A stretch of DNA of 32,000 nt from Candidatus Saccharimonadota bacterium (GCA_016700015.1 CP064995.1:780001-812000); one strand, 5' to 3'; numbered from the stretch's first letter, positions 14,657 to 23,864 are shown. Numbers and translations: made by a program. Notes: generated by a model not told the origin, from the sequence alone.

Positions 14657-17181
14657 TTCTCACCTACATGTACATCCACCTGCAACCGCACACCAAGCTC
14701 TGGATAAATATGTTCCATTGTGTCGACAAGCATTGTCGAAATGCTTTCTGCCATGTCCTTCGGGCACTCGATAAGAATCGAGTCGTGAATTTGCAGTAAC
14801 TGCTCGGCCGCCTTGAATTGCTGGTCAATGTTCGACTGCACTTTTAGCATCGCCATCTTCATTAGGTCGGCTTCGGTGCCCTGTATCGGCATATTAGCCG
14901 CCGCTCGCTCCGCCGCAGAGCGAACAACAAAATTACTCGACTTTACATCTGGTGTCCACCGCCTTCTACCAAACAGCGTTTCAACAAACCCATCGTCGTG
15001 AGCTTTTTTGACTGTCGCATCAATGTACCTACGAATGCTCGGGCGTACCCGAAAATACTCGTCGATAAACTTTTGCGCCTCAGCGAAACTCATATTCGCC
15101 GCCGCCGCAAGGCCGTGCTGGCTCATACCATACAGCACGCCAAAATTCACAACTTTGGCCTTGCGACGCTGCTCTTTGGTAACCGCATCGAGTGAGACAT
15201 GGTACACTTCGGCTGCCGTTTTTGCGTGAATGTCGGTGCCAGCATTGAAATCGTTGATCATGGCTGCGTCACCAGCCAGCACCGCAGCAAGACGTAGCTC
15301 GAACTGCGAATAGTCGGCGCTCACAAATACATTTCCCTTCTCGGGCACAAAGGCATTGCGTATTTGCCGGCCCAGCTCGGTACGAATGGGAATATTCTGA
15401 AGATTCGGGTCGGTACTGCTCAACCGCCCAGTCGCTGCCACGTCTTGCCGAAAGTCGGTATGGACTCGCCCACTTGCATCTGCTTGTTCGGGGAGCGTCC
15501 TGACGTAGGTATTTTGTAGCTTGGTGAGTTCACGAAATTGTTCAATTAGCTCAACTATGGGGTGCTGCCCGCGTAGTTTGTCGAGCTCTTTCTGGCCGGT
15601 GCTAAAGCCCGTTTTGCCCTTTTTTACTCCAGCCGTCGAAAGGCCAAGCTCGTCGTATAGTACCTCGGCTAGTTGTGCAGGGCTAGCGATATTAAACTCA
15701 TGTCCAACCATCGCATACATCGACTTCTGAATCTCGGCAATGTCGTGCGTGAGCATGTTGTCCATCTGGGCAAGCTTGCTACTATCAAGTTTGATACCGC
15801 GATGCTCCATGCGTGCCAGCACCGGAATCAGCGGAAAATCCATAGCGCGCGCCACATACCCAAGCTCTGGCAACGCATCGAGTGCTTGTGATTGCTCACT
15901 ATACAACGTCCAGATAGCACTAATTGCATACTTTGGATCGTCCACCGACTCAACACCTATAAGGTCGGCAAGTTCACGCGATTTACGCAGCGGGTTAAGC
16001 AAAAATGAACCCTGAGCCGTATCATGATGAACTTCGGGCAGCGTGGTGTGGCCCGCCGCCAGTAGCTGCTTCAGCAACACTTTCGTGTCGTGCCCCACAA
16101 TCGGTACACTTGCGATAATCGCTACCGCACCCGCCACATTTAGCTTGGCCGCTTTGCCCGGCTCATGGCTCAGCCACAGGTCATCACCGTCTGGGTACAC
16201 CACCAGTTCTTTCGCCATCGTTAGCAGGGCGAGTGCGTTCTTGCCCGTCAGTTCTTCGCTCACTTCCACTGCCGCTAGGTCTGGTGTACCGACGCTAGGG
16301 CTAGCGTCACGCATGTGTTCGGGCAGGTTGCGCAATAGGCTACGAAATTCCAGCTTGTTCAGCAGCTCTTTTAGCCGTGCGGTGTCGAGGTCGTGGGCAT
16401 CCATGTCGTCAAGGTTCAGCGCTACTGGCGCATCAAACCACAGCTCGGCAACTTTTTTACTCACTTCGGCGCTTGCGCGCCCGGCTTCGAGTTTTTTGGC
16501 TACGCTATCTTTTACCTGCCATAGGTTCTCATAAATATTTTCAAGCGTACCAAACTGCTGCAACAACCCCACGGCAGTCTTTTCACCAATCCCCGGTACA
16601 CCCGGTATATTGTCGCTGCTGTCGCCTTTGAGTGCCTTCAGGTCAAGGAATTGATCGACCCGTATGCCATACTTTTCCGTAAAACTTTCGGGCTTAAACA
16701 AATCGATATTAGTCAGCCCCTTTTTCAGTGCGTACACATGCACTAAGGGGCCAACCGTTTGCAGCGCGTCAAGGTCGCTCGTAATCAGGCAGGTCTCAAT
16801 CCCCTGCTCACTGGCTTTTTTGGCCAGCGTCGCCATTATGTCATCGGCCTCATAGTCGTCCAGTTCGTACAGCGGCCACCCAAACGCTTCCAGCAACTCG
16901 TGAAGCACTGGTATTTGCGCATAAAAATCAGCCGGTGCTGGCTTACGCCCGGCTTTGTAGTCTGGGTAGATTTCGAGGCGCTTGCGAATGTTTGTCTTGG
17001 GTTTGTCCCACGCGACGCACACATAGTCAGGCTTTAGCTTTTTATAAAGTTCCAGCGCCAGCGCCGCAAAGCCATACACGCCACCGGTCGGCGTGCCATC
17101 ACTGGTACTTAGCCCCGGCATCGCATAATAGCCGCGATAAAACACGCTCTTGCCATCGATAATCACCAACCGCTTTGTCAT
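14641..17181 (-). CDS. polA: DNA polymerase I
   Basis: 5'-nuclease domain (LVIIDGKSVFYRGYYA, GIGEKTA). Polymerase motifs A SADYSQFELR, B RRKAKVVNFGVLYGMS and C QIHDSILIE. The ORF track start is GTG 17202. I prefer ATG 17181 (MTKRLVIIDG), which has TATACT 7 nt upstream. Confidence 0.95.
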   Translation of the reverse strand: MTKRLVIIDGKSVFYRGYYAMPGLSTSDGTPTGGVYGFAALALELYKKLKPDYVCVAWDKPKTNIRKRLEIYPDYKAGRKPAPADFYAQIPVLHELLEAFGWPLYELDDYEADDIMATLAKKASEQGIETCLITSDLDALQTVGPLVHVYALKKGLTNIDLFKPESFTEKYGIRVDQFLDLKALKGDSSDNIPGVPGIGEKTAVGLLQQFGTLENIYENLWQVKDSVAKKLEAGRASAEVSKKVAELWFDAPVALNLDDMDAHDLDTARLKELLNKLEFRSLLRNLPEHMRDASPSVGTPDLAAVEVSEELTGKNALALLTMAKELVVYPDGDDLWLSHEPGKAAKLNVAGAVAIIASVPIVGHDTKVLLKQLLAAGHTTLPEVHHDTAQGSFLLNPLRKSRELADLIGVESVDDPKYAISAIWTLYSEQSQALDALPELGYVARAMDFPLIPVLARMEHRGIKLDSSKLAQMDNMLTHDIAEIQKSMYAMVGHEFNIASPAQLAEVLYDELGLSTAGVKKGKTGFSTGQKELDKLRGQHPIVELIEQFRELTKLQNTYVRTLPEQADASGRVHTDFRQDVAATGRLSSTDPNLQNIPIRTELGRQIRNAFVPEKGNVFVSADYSQFELRLAAVLAGDAAMINDFNAGTDIHAKTAAEVYHVSLDAVTKEQRRKAKVVNFGVLYGMSQHGLAAAANMSFAEAQKFIDEYFRVRPSIRRYIDATVKKAHDDGFVETLFGRRRWTPDVKSSNFVVRSAAERAAANMPIQGTEADLMKMAMLKVQSNIDQQFKAAEQLLQIHDSILIECPKDMAESISTMLVDTMEHIYPELGVRLQVDVHVGENWGEV

Positions 17182-17188
17182 ACCGTAT

Positions 17189-17194
17189 AGTATA
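17189..17194 (-). promoter_or_regulatory. Extended -10 box (TGgTATACT) 7 nt upstream of ATG 17181
   Basis: Minus strand reads gTGgTATACTatacggtATG. Confidence 0.45.
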
Positions 17195-17275
17195 CCACTC
17201 ACAGATACGTCGGGTGGTGCAGCAACATCATATTTGCTAGTTTCGTATCAAGTCCTAGTAAGGTAAACTAGAGGT

Positions 17276-17851
17276 ATGAACGATGAAAAAACTGTCAAAA
17301 TTTTGGCCTTTGTATGCCTAGCTGGTGCTGGCAAAACCAGTGCCGTCGACTATATTACCGCAAAAGGCGTGCCCAAGGTCTACTTTGGCGGCGTGGTACT
17401 CGACGCCATGAAAGAAGCGGGGCTGGAGTGGAATGAAACTAACGAAAAAGAATTCCGTGAAGGTATTCGCAAACGAGAAGGCAATGATTTTGTCGTCAAG
17501 CGTATCATCCAGCAAATCCACGACCTAGTCAATGCTGGGCAGCATCGCATCGTCGCCGATGGTATCTATTCGTGGACAGAATACAAAGCTATGAAGCATG
17601 AATTTCCTGGTGAACTCACAGTTGTAGCGGTAGTTGCCCCCAAACACCTGCGCCACCACCGGCTCACCACGCGCCCACTACGGCCGCTCACAGTTGAGCA
17701 AGCCAACTCGCGTGACTGGGCCGAGATCGAAAACCTCGAAAAGGGTGGCCCGATCGCTATCGCCGACTACTATGTCCACAACGATGGCAGCATAGAAAAA
17801 TTTTATACTCAAATCGATTTTATACTCAAAGCTATCAACTTCCTCGACTAG
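17276..17851 (+). CDS. P-loop nucleotide kinase-like protein (dephospho-CoA kinase / UPF0200-like)
   Basis: Walker A CLAGAGKT, and the C-terminal stretch ..SRDWAEIENLEKGGPIAIADYYVHNDGSIEKF.. typical of small nucleotide kinases. TAAACT lies 6 nt upstream of the ATG. Confidence 0.5.
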   Translation: MNDEKTVKILAFVCLAGAGKTSAVDYITAKGVPKVYFGGVVLDAMKEAGLEWNETNEKEFREGIRKREGNDFVVKRIIQQIHDLVNAGQHRIVADGIYSWTEYKAMKHEFPGELTVVAVVAPKHLRHHRLTTRPLRPLTVEQANSRDWAEIENLEKGGPIAIADYYVHNDGSIEKFYTQIDFILKAINFLD

Positions 17852-17900
17852 CGTATAGCTTATGTTATACTGTAGCTAATTAATCACTTAAGGAGTTCTT

Positions 17901-18560
17901 ATGGACCAAACACCAAACCAAGATCAACCACAACCAATTGAGCCACAGGCACAACCCGAAGCACAGTCTCAGCCAGTACCTACTCCTGTTGGAGCACCCG
18001 AGTTCACACCTGCTCCCGCCCCCGCAACTCCTACTCCTATGGTACAGGCAGAAAACCCCGGTAAAACACTCGGCATCGTCGGTATTGTCCTCGCATTGAT
18101 CGGACTCGCACCTATTGGCTTAATACTCAGTATCGTGTCGCTGCTAAAATCATCAAAGGCACATGCTTCTAAGACACTCGGTCTTATCGGCGTCATTCTC
18201 AATGCACTCGCCGTACTACTAATGCTTCTCCTTATTCCGGTTATTATCGTCGCGACGGTTGGCGTCCAAGACCGGACTAAAGACGCGTCTGCTCTCAACT
18301 ACGCGAATGACGTTGTTAGAAAAGCGGAAGTATATGGTGTCGAAAACAATGCGTATCCCTCATCAATTGCTGACTTTAACTCAAATAGCCTCTCAAAGCT
18401 TACTAGCAAAGAGTATACCGTCGTCGATGGCCAACCCACGAAATACAATGAGGTCGGCTACGAACTTTGTAGCGAAGACAAGGCTGTCATTTATTACTAC
18501 GTCACCACCGAAAATACCGTAAAAGCCGTCGCTTCAGACGGTTCCGGTACCGGCTGCTAA
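17901..18560 (+). CDS. Membrane protein: Pro/Gln-rich N-terminus, two TM helices (DUF4190-like), pilin-like C-terminal globular domain
   Basis: SD AAGGAG lies 5 nt upstream. TM helices GIVGIVLALIGLAPIGLILSIV and LGLIGVILNALAVLLMLLLIPVIIV are followed by QDRTKDASALNYANDVVRKAEVYGVENNAYPSS.. and two C-terminal Cys. Confidence 0.65.
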   Translation: MDQTPNQDQPQPIEPQAQPEAQSQPVPTPVGAPEFTPAPAPATPTPMVQAENPGKTLGIVGIVLALIGLAPIGLILSIVSLLKSSKAHASKTLGLIGVILNALAVLLMLLLIPVIIVATVGVQDRTKDASALNYANDVVRKAEVYGVENNAYPSSIADFNSNSLSKLTSKEYTVVDGQPTKYNEVGYELCSEDKAVIYYYVTTENTVKAVASDGSGTGC

Positions 18561-18577
18561 GCGCTCCTTGCCTTAAC

Positions 18578-18612
18578 AAAATATCCTCGTGTTTAGAGCG
18601 AGGATATTTTTT
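18578..18612. terminator. Bidirectional rho-independent terminator between convergent genes
   Basis: A 12-bp stem aaaatatcctcg / cgaggatatttt with a 9-nt loop. It is followed by a T-run on the plus strand and preceded by an A-rich run (T-run on the minus strand). Confidence 0.75.
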
Positions 18613-18625
18613 GGTAGAATAGAGC

Positions 18626-19618
18626 CTACTGCAGGTATTCGTATAGCTTCTTCGCGTCTTTATGCTTGCGCAGTTTTGCCAAAGCTTTGGCCTCAATTTG
18701 GCGTATGCGCTCACGCGTAACAGCAAATTCTTGCCCGACCTCTTCGAGCGTGTGGCTCTTGCCATTTTCTAGGCCAAAACGCATTTTGATGATTTTCTGC
18801 TCGCGCTCACTGAGCGTGCTCAGCACTGACTGTACTTGTTCTTTTAGCAGCTGGCTGCTCGCCGACTCTTCGGGTGTAGCACTGTCTTCATCTTCGATAA
18901 AATCACCAAGTACCGAGTCTTCATCTTCACCATCACGTCCCACGCCAGCGTCGAGCGAACTAATGTCTTGCTTGATTTTAATCACGTACTCAACCTTGTC
19001 CGGCTCCATTTCAAGCTCTTTGGCGAGTTCTTCAATAGTTGGTTCGCGGTTTAATTCCTGCGTCATGCGGCGCTGAGTACGTAGCAACTTGTTAATCGTT
19101 TCAACCATGTGTACAGGAATACGAATGGTGCGCGCCTGATCGGCGATGGCACGGGTAATCGCCTGGCGAATCCACCAGGTTGCGTAGGTGCTAAATTTAA
19201 AGCCTTTGTCTGGATCGAACTTTTCTACCGCACGCAGCAAGCCAGTATGGCCTTCCTGTATGAGGTCAAGAAAGTCTAGTCCGCGGCCGCTATAGCGCTT
19301 GGCGATACTCACAACCAGACGCATATTAGCCTCGGCCATCTTATCTTTGGCTTTTTTGTCGCCGGCAACTACTCGCTGAGCAAGCTCGAGTTCTTCTTCG
19401 GCGCTCAGCAGCGGGATCTTTCCGATTTCACGCAGGTGCAGCCGTACCGAGTCATCGCTGATATCATCGAAATACTGCCCGCTGTTAAGTACGTCCTCAG
19501 GCGTATCCTCGTCTTCATCTACTAGCTCATCAGGGGCTGGCTCATCAAATTCCGGAACAATTAGTTCTTCCTGCTCTTGTTCATGTAGGTCAATTGGTAC
19601 TTGGTCATCGTTTGCCAC
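18626..19618 (-). CDS. rpoD: RNA polymerase primary sigma factor (sigma-70 family)
   Basis: Region 2 [54 protein letters not shown]. Regions 3 and 4 present (..[22 protein letters not shown]..). Acidic N-terminus. Confidence 0.95.
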   Translation of the reverse strand: MANDDQVPIDLHEQEQEELIVPEFDEPAPDELVDEDEDTPEDVLNSGQYFDDISDDSVRLHLREIGKIPLLSAEEELELAQRVVAGDKKAKDKMAEANMRLVVSIAKRYSGRGLDFLDLIQEGHTGLLRAVEKFDPDKGFKFSTYATWWIRQAITRAIADQARTIRIPVHMVETINKLLRTQRRMTQELNREPTIEELAKELEMEPDKVEYVIKIKQDISSLDAGVGRDGEDEDSVLGDFIEDEDSATPEESASSQLLKEQVQSVLSTLSEREQKIIKMRFGLENGKSHTLEEVGQEFAVTRERIRQIEAKALAKLRKHKDAKKLYEYLQ

Positions 19619-21350
19619 GCGGTATCTCCTTGATTAGTGTGTTGAGCGTCACCCGCAACTCGGTCGCCTGGGGTTCATTGCCCTCAGCCTCGGCGTTACG
19701 AAGTTGCTCAATTAATTCTTGTTGTCGGTGTTTCTTGTGTTCGGTTTCAATCAGCCGTAGTAGGCGCGCGGTTTCATATACTCGTTCTCGAGCATCCATA
19801 CCACCGTAGCGCGCCTCGGCACGTAATAGTAGTATTTTTACATACGTGTCATATTTTTGCAACTGTTCTGGCGTTTCAGTCAGTACCTGACCGGGATGAG
19901 TTGCGAAATAGCTTGCCACGGCGCGCCGCTCATCACCGATAAACATGTCGAGGTTTATGTGCCCAAATGCATCCTGGCTCGGCGCGTCGAGGCAAGTCGC
20001 TGCCAGTACGTCATCTTGGTGAACCAGTAACTCTGGTGTCGGCTCGATAGACGTAGCTTTGACGGGCCTCAGTGGCTTTTTATCCGTTGGTTCTTGGGCT
20101 AATTTGGTTCTGACGGCCTCTAGTGAACTGCCTGTCATCTCTGCGACGATACGCTCGTAGTGTTCTTGCTCAATAGGATCGCCAATAAGCCGTACGACAG
20201 CAAGTGCTGCGGTGGTAAAAGCTCGCTTCCCAGCGGCTGATTGTATGTCAACCCGCGCCCTATATTGTTCCAACACCCAATCGACTGCTGGTTGTTTGGC
20301 GTCAATCGACTGCTGCCATTGTCGCGGGTCACTTTTCACCAATTCATCGGGGTCTTTCACTCCTGCCGGCAACGAAATGATAGCTAACTCCACTCCAAGT
20401 TGTCCAGCAATGCCAATTGCTCGTTCAGTTGCTGCTATCCCCGCCTTATCGGCGTCAAACGCCAATCGCACGTCAGGAGTTAATCGCTTCAAGGCTCTTA
20501 AATGATGTTCGGTCATTGCCGTGCCAGCAGTGGCGACAACCTGTCGTATGCCCGCCTGGTGACTGCTTACCACATCGAGATTGCCTTCGACCACCACCAC
20601 ATACCCCTGCGCCCGGATGGCTTCTTTAGCTTGTGAAAAACCAAATACGTGCCGGCTCTTGTCATAAAGAAGCGTTTGTGAAGTGTTAAGATACTTCGGC
20701 GCACCCGGTTCATCGGCAAGTATACGACCCGTAAAGCCGACCACCTGGCCACTCGCGTCCATCAGTGGTACCATCATCCGCCCACGAAACATATCACCCC
20801 CATAGCGATTGGTTAATCCAGCGTCAGCCATTTCTTTTTTACTAAAACCACTTTTCGCCAATGCCATTGTCAGAGCATTCCCAGTATCGGGTGCATATCC
20901 CAACATAAACCCTTGCACGACCGCTTTACTTAGCTCACGCTTTTTAAACACGTACTCCATTGCATGCTGGTTGCGCAGCAAGCTTTGCTGATAGTATGTA
21001 GCTGCTAGTCGATTTGCCTCAAGCAGCCGCCTCTTGCGTTTGGCCAATTCTTGCGCATTTTGGTTCTCGTATAAACTTAGATCGACGCCGGCTTTTCGCG
21101 CTAAATGCTCCAGCGCCGCACGAAAATCCATGCCTTCGACTTCCATCACAAAGGCGAACACATCACCGCCTTTGTTACTACTAAAATCATGCCAAATATT
21201 CTTGTCGGGGCTGACAAAAAAACTAGGAGTTTTCTCGCCACTGAATGGGCTGAGTCCTTTGAAATTACGACCCGCACGCTTGAGCTGGACGTACTCGCCA
21301 ATCACATCTTCAATTGCAAGCTTGGCTCGCACCTCCTCTTTCGCGTCCAT
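19605..21350 (-). CDS. dnaG: DNA primase
   Basis: N-terminal zinc-binding-domain scaffold ([23 protein letters not shown]), TOPRIM domain ([22 protein letters not shown]) and a C-terminal helical domain. It overlaps rpoD by 14 nt in the classical dnaG-rpoD order. Confidence 0.95.
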   Translation of the reverse strand: MDAKEEVRAKLAIEDVIGEYVQLKRAGRNFKGLSPFSGEKTPSFFVSPDKNIWHDFSSNKGGDVFAFVMEVEGMDFRAALEHLARKAGVDLSLYENQNAQELAKRKRRLLEANRLAATYYQQSLLRNQHAMEYVFKKRELSKAVVQGFMLGYAPDTGNALTMALAKSGFSKKEMADAGLTNRYGGDMFRGRMMVPLMDASGQVVGFTGRILADEPGAPKYLNTSQTLLYDKSRHVFGFSQAKEAIRAQGYVVVVEGNLDVVSSHQAGIRQVVATAGTAMTEHHLRALKRLTPDVRLAFDADKAGIAATERAIGIAGQLGVELAIISLPAGVKDPDELVKSDPRQWQQSIDAKQPAVDWVLEQYRARVDIQSAAGKRAFTTAALAVVRLIGDPIEQEHYERIVAEMTGSSLEAVRTKLAQEPTDKKPLRPVKATSIEPTPELLVHQDDVLAATCLDAPSQDAFGHINLDMFIGDERRAVASYFATHPGQVLTETPEQLQKYDTYVKILLLRAEARYGGMDARERVYETARLLRLIETEHKKHRQQELIEQLRNAEAEGNEPQATELRVTLNTLIKEIPRGKR

Positions 21351-21356
21351 GAAATT

Positions 21357-21362
21357 ATTATA
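21357..21362 (-). promoter_or_regulatory. Extended -10 box (TGcTATAAT) 6 nt upstream of ATG 21350
   Basis: Minus strand reads aaTGcTATAATaatttcATG. Confidence 0.5.
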
Positions 21363-21387
21363 GCATTCTTTACCTCTGTTACTGTTT

Positions 21388-22221
21388 ATGGTAAATTGGA
21401 ACTATATGTTTCCCAACCAGGCGCAGCCCTCACAGCAACCACCCACCTCGGCACCCGAGCCAGGTTCGGGACTGCCGCCAGTACTCAATCATTCCGGACC
21501 TGTCATACCGATTGACCCCAACCCGCCACAACTAGTGGCTAGTGAGCCCGCTCCAGATCCGCCGCAGCCATCAATCGTGCCTGTCGGCGTAGCTAACGCT
21601 ACCCCAGAGGACGCTCAACCAACAGTCAGTAATCTGAACATAGACTACCTCAATCAAATTGCACCAACACAACAAAAAACCGTCAATCGTTTTGCCATAT
21701 TCGGACTTATCGGCGGTGTACTCATGGCTGTTGTAGTTTTTTTGATAATTGTCGCAAACAGTGGCCCACCTAACATTAGTGCGCAGACTATAGCATTAAA
21801 ACAGCGTATCGCTACTTTACAGTCAGTCGCCGACACCCAACAGCCCCATATCCAAGACAACGATCTTAGCGTCGCCAACTCAACGCTTTCCTCGACACTT
21901 ACCTCTATGGCGACCGATCTTTCTGGTGTCATGAAAGCCAAGAATGTCAAAACAAACGAAAAATCAGCAACGGGAGCAACCGAAAAAACCTACGCGGCAT
22001 CACTGCAGAAAAAACTCGACGATTCGTATCAGCGCGGAACGCTCGATCGTACGTATGCGCCCCAAATGACCTATGAGCTCACTGTGCTACGCACCAAACT
22101 CAAACTCCTCCGCTCATCGAGTGGTGGCAGCAAAACAGTAACGTCGTTTTGCGATACATCACTTACCAATGTCGATGCAATCTTAAAAGCCTACGCCCGA
22201 AGCACAACACCTAGCAAATAG
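21388..22221 (+). CDS. Membrane-anchored protein with a Pro-rich N-terminus, function unknown
   Basis: 277-aa ORF with a Pro/Gln-rich first 90 aa, one TM helix FAIFGLIGGVLMAVVVFLIIV and a helical C-terminal domain. An alternative start at ATG 21406 lies 8 nt after TGgTAAATT. Confidence 0.6.
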   Translation: MVNWNYMFPNQAQPSQQPPTSAPEPGSGLPPVLNHSGPVIPIDPNPPQLVASEPAPDPPQPSIVPVGVANATPEDAQPTVSNLNIDYLNQIAPTQQKTVNRFAIFGLIGGVLMAVVVFLIIVANSGPPNISAQTIALKQRIATLQSVADTQQPHIQDNDLSVANSTLSSTLTSMATDLSGVMKAKNVKTNEKSATGATEKTYAASLQKKLDDSYQRGTLDRTYAPQMTYELTVLRTKLKLLRSSSGGSKTVTSFCDTSLTNVDAILKAYARSTTPSK

Positions 22222-22225
22222 TACC

Positions 22226-22567
22226 TTACTCGGTCACAAGTCGATGGCTTAGACGTGCTAAGTCTTTAATTTCGTCACTGCTCAACTGCCCGCTACAGAT
22301 TATAGTGATCCAGTGCTTTTTGTTCAGGTGGTAGCCTGGTAGCACCGTTTCATAGCGTTCGCGGAGCGTTTGCGCGAGCAGAGGATCACATTTTAAGCTA
22401 ACACGGAGCGGACTGCTACCGTCAGCGATCAACGCAAACATTTTTTCTTCTTGGCCGGGCACATCCTTATGACCAACTTTGTACACGCTTGTGCCTTCGC
22501 CAAACGGAAAATCAAGCCAGGCACCGGGCAGGCTTAGCAAATAAATTTCAAGTTCTTTATGCGTCAT
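22226..22567 (-). CDS. MmcQ/YjbR family protein
   Basis: The pattern ..LPGAWLDFPFGEGTSVYKVG..KMFALI....LKCDP..A..L.......PGYHLNKKHWITI.. fits the YjbR fold family. I prefer ATG 22567 over GTG 22570. Confidence 0.7.
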   Translation of the reverse strand: MTHKELEIYLLSLPGAWLDFPFGEGTSVYKVGHKDVPGQEEKMFALIADGSSPLRVSLKCDPLLAQTLRERYETVLPGYHLNKKHWITIICSGQLSSDEIKDLARLSHRLVTE

Positions 22568-22575
22568 CACGTATC

Positions 22576-22581
22576 ATTATA
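22576..22581 (-). promoter_or_regulatory. -10 box (TATAAT) 8 nt upstream of ATG 22567
   Basis: Minus strand reads cgaTATAATgatacgtgATG. Confidence 0.4.
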
Positions 22582-22590
22582 TCGTATAGC

Positions 22591-22635
22591 AAAAATGCCG
22601 TGCACTCCCCCTTTATGGTGTAAGAGTGCACGGCA
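22591..22635 (-). terminator. Rho-independent terminator downstream of the GC-rich gene
   Basis: A 12-bp stem tgccgtgcactc (22596..22607) / gagtgcacggca (22624..22635). On the minus strand it is followed by TTTTT (22595..22591). Confidence 0.7.
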
Positions 22636-22641
22636 GTGTTC

Positions 22642-23205
22642 CTATGGCATGTACCAGCTCGGCGGCGTGGGCGACTGACTGCCCTGGCGAGCGAGTGTGT
22701 CCCGCCACGGGTAGGCATGAGTACGCCAGTATTCTACCAGCGCTCCTCGCTCCCAGCCGCAATCGGCTGCCGATGCCATCCAGGGCAGTGGCGGGTGCTC
22801 GTCACCCGGGTAGGCGCGCACCACCACTGGGTTCTGGACGGTCCCTACCAGGTGTACCGTGAACCAAGAGGTTTTGGGAACCCAGCGCCGCTTCACGAAG
22901 GGCGAGAGCCCGCGCGACTTGGCGTGATGACCAGCGTGCTCGGCCCAGATGCGCTGCTCACGTGCGCGAGCTTCCACCACCGGCAAGTACAGCCGGTAGT
23001 CCATGGCCTCCGTGTCGAGCCGTACTGTCTCGACGATGTGCTGGTCGCCGTCCCACGGCTCAACGCCCTCCAGGACTTCCTGGACCAAAAGCGGCCAGCG
23101 GCCACCCGGCGCGAACAGCGGCGCAATATCGGCAAAGGGTGCCAACCCTACCGGCGCATTGCCAAGTTCCCACGGTGTCACACGAACCTCATTGAAGCGC
23201 GACAT
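22642..23205 (-). CDS. Hypothetical protein encoded by a compositionally foreign (high-GC) gene
   Basis: ATG 23205 follows GAGG with 6-nt spacing (the ORF track start is 23262). Third codon positions in this frame are overwhelmingly G/C. All six frames are open here, as expected for high-GC DNA. No family recognised. Confidence 0.65.
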   Translation of the reverse strand: MSRFNEVRVTPWELGNAPVGLAPFADIAPLFAPGGRWPLLVQEVLEGVEPWDGDQHIVETVRLDTEAMDYRLYLPVVEARAREQRIWAEHAGHHAKSRGLSPFVKRRWVPKTSWFTVHLVGTVQNPVVVRAYPGDEHPPLPWMASAADCGWERGALVEYWRTHAYPWRDTLARQGSQSPTPPSWYMP

Positions 23206-23276
23206 TGGTCGCCTCTTTCTCTTGTTGGAATAGGAACATTCTCGGTACCATTGTGCTGGCACAAAGTCTAACTTAC

Positions 23277-23304
23277 ATTATACAATAAATTCTTTATAAA
23301 TCAA
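23277..23304 (-). promoter_or_regulatory. Sigma70-type promoter for the GC-rich gene
   Basis: On the minus strand: TTGATT (23304..23299), a 16-nt spacer, then TATAAT (23282..23277). An AT-rich leader of about 70 nt with an SD follows. Confidence 0.45.
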
Positions 23305-23858
23305 TACTTACCTTTACCAAGATAGTAGTGCAGCTCCTCTATGCTGCCCCGTATATCTTCGAGTGCCCGATGCGCCTCGGGTTTAGCGAACTTTTTACCA
23401 TATTTGCCTTCCATCACCACTTTCCAGGCACTGACATCGAGCATGCGGTAGTGCAGCCGCTTCGCAAACTTCGGCCACCACTGGTCTATAAACTTTCGGT
23501 CTTGGTGAATTGAATTGCCTGCTAGTAGCACTGGCCCTTCGCCACAGTGTTCATCGATAAATGCCAGTAGTTCTCGTTCCACAGCGGCTTTCGTTTTAGT
23601 GGTAGCTCTATTCTGGGTCATTAACTGCTCGCGCGAGGCTGGCGCTTCCTCATACCAAAATTTTTTGTTCAAATCAAACCGCGCCTGGACATGCTTAGAA
23701 CACCAATGCACCGCACCTTCATAGGTCGCAACTTCTTTGAAATCCCAATCTGTCACCACAGCTGCGATTTCAAGCGGGTAGTCATTCACCGGGTCAAGCC
23801 CCGTCATTTCCATGTCCACCCATAGAATACGTGTCGGTTTAAAAGCAGTCTTCGTCAT
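23301..23858 (-). CDS. orn: Oligoribonuclease (DEDDh 3'-5' exoribonuclease)
   Basis: ILWVDMEMTGLDP..EIAAVVTD, GNSIHQDRKFI and HRALEDIRGSIEEL align with the Orn exo motifs I-III. Confidence 0.85.
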   Translation of the reverse strand: MTKTAFKPTRILWVDMEMTGLDPVNDYPLEIAAVVTDWDFKEVATYEGAVHWCSKHVQARFDLNKKFWYEEAPASREQLMTQNRATTKTKAAVERELLAFIDEHCGEGPVLLAGNSIHQDRKFIDQWWPKFAKRLHYRMLDVSAWKVVMEGKYGKKFAKPEAHRALEDIRGSIEELHYYLGKGKY

Positions 23859-23864
23859 GGCACC

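Noticed and set aside
16043-16534. 163-aa plus-strand Ser/Ala-rich ORF, and similar ORFs at 15521..16015
   Set aside because: They are antisense shadow ORFs inside polA, with low-complexity composition.
22636-23271. 211-aa plus-strand ORF and several other ORFs of 60-80 aa in all frames of the GC-rich island
   Set aside because: High-GC DNA lacks stop codons in every frame. Only the minus-strand frame 22642..23205 shows strong G/C preference at third codon positions, and only that frame has an SD, a promoter and a terminator in the correct orientation.
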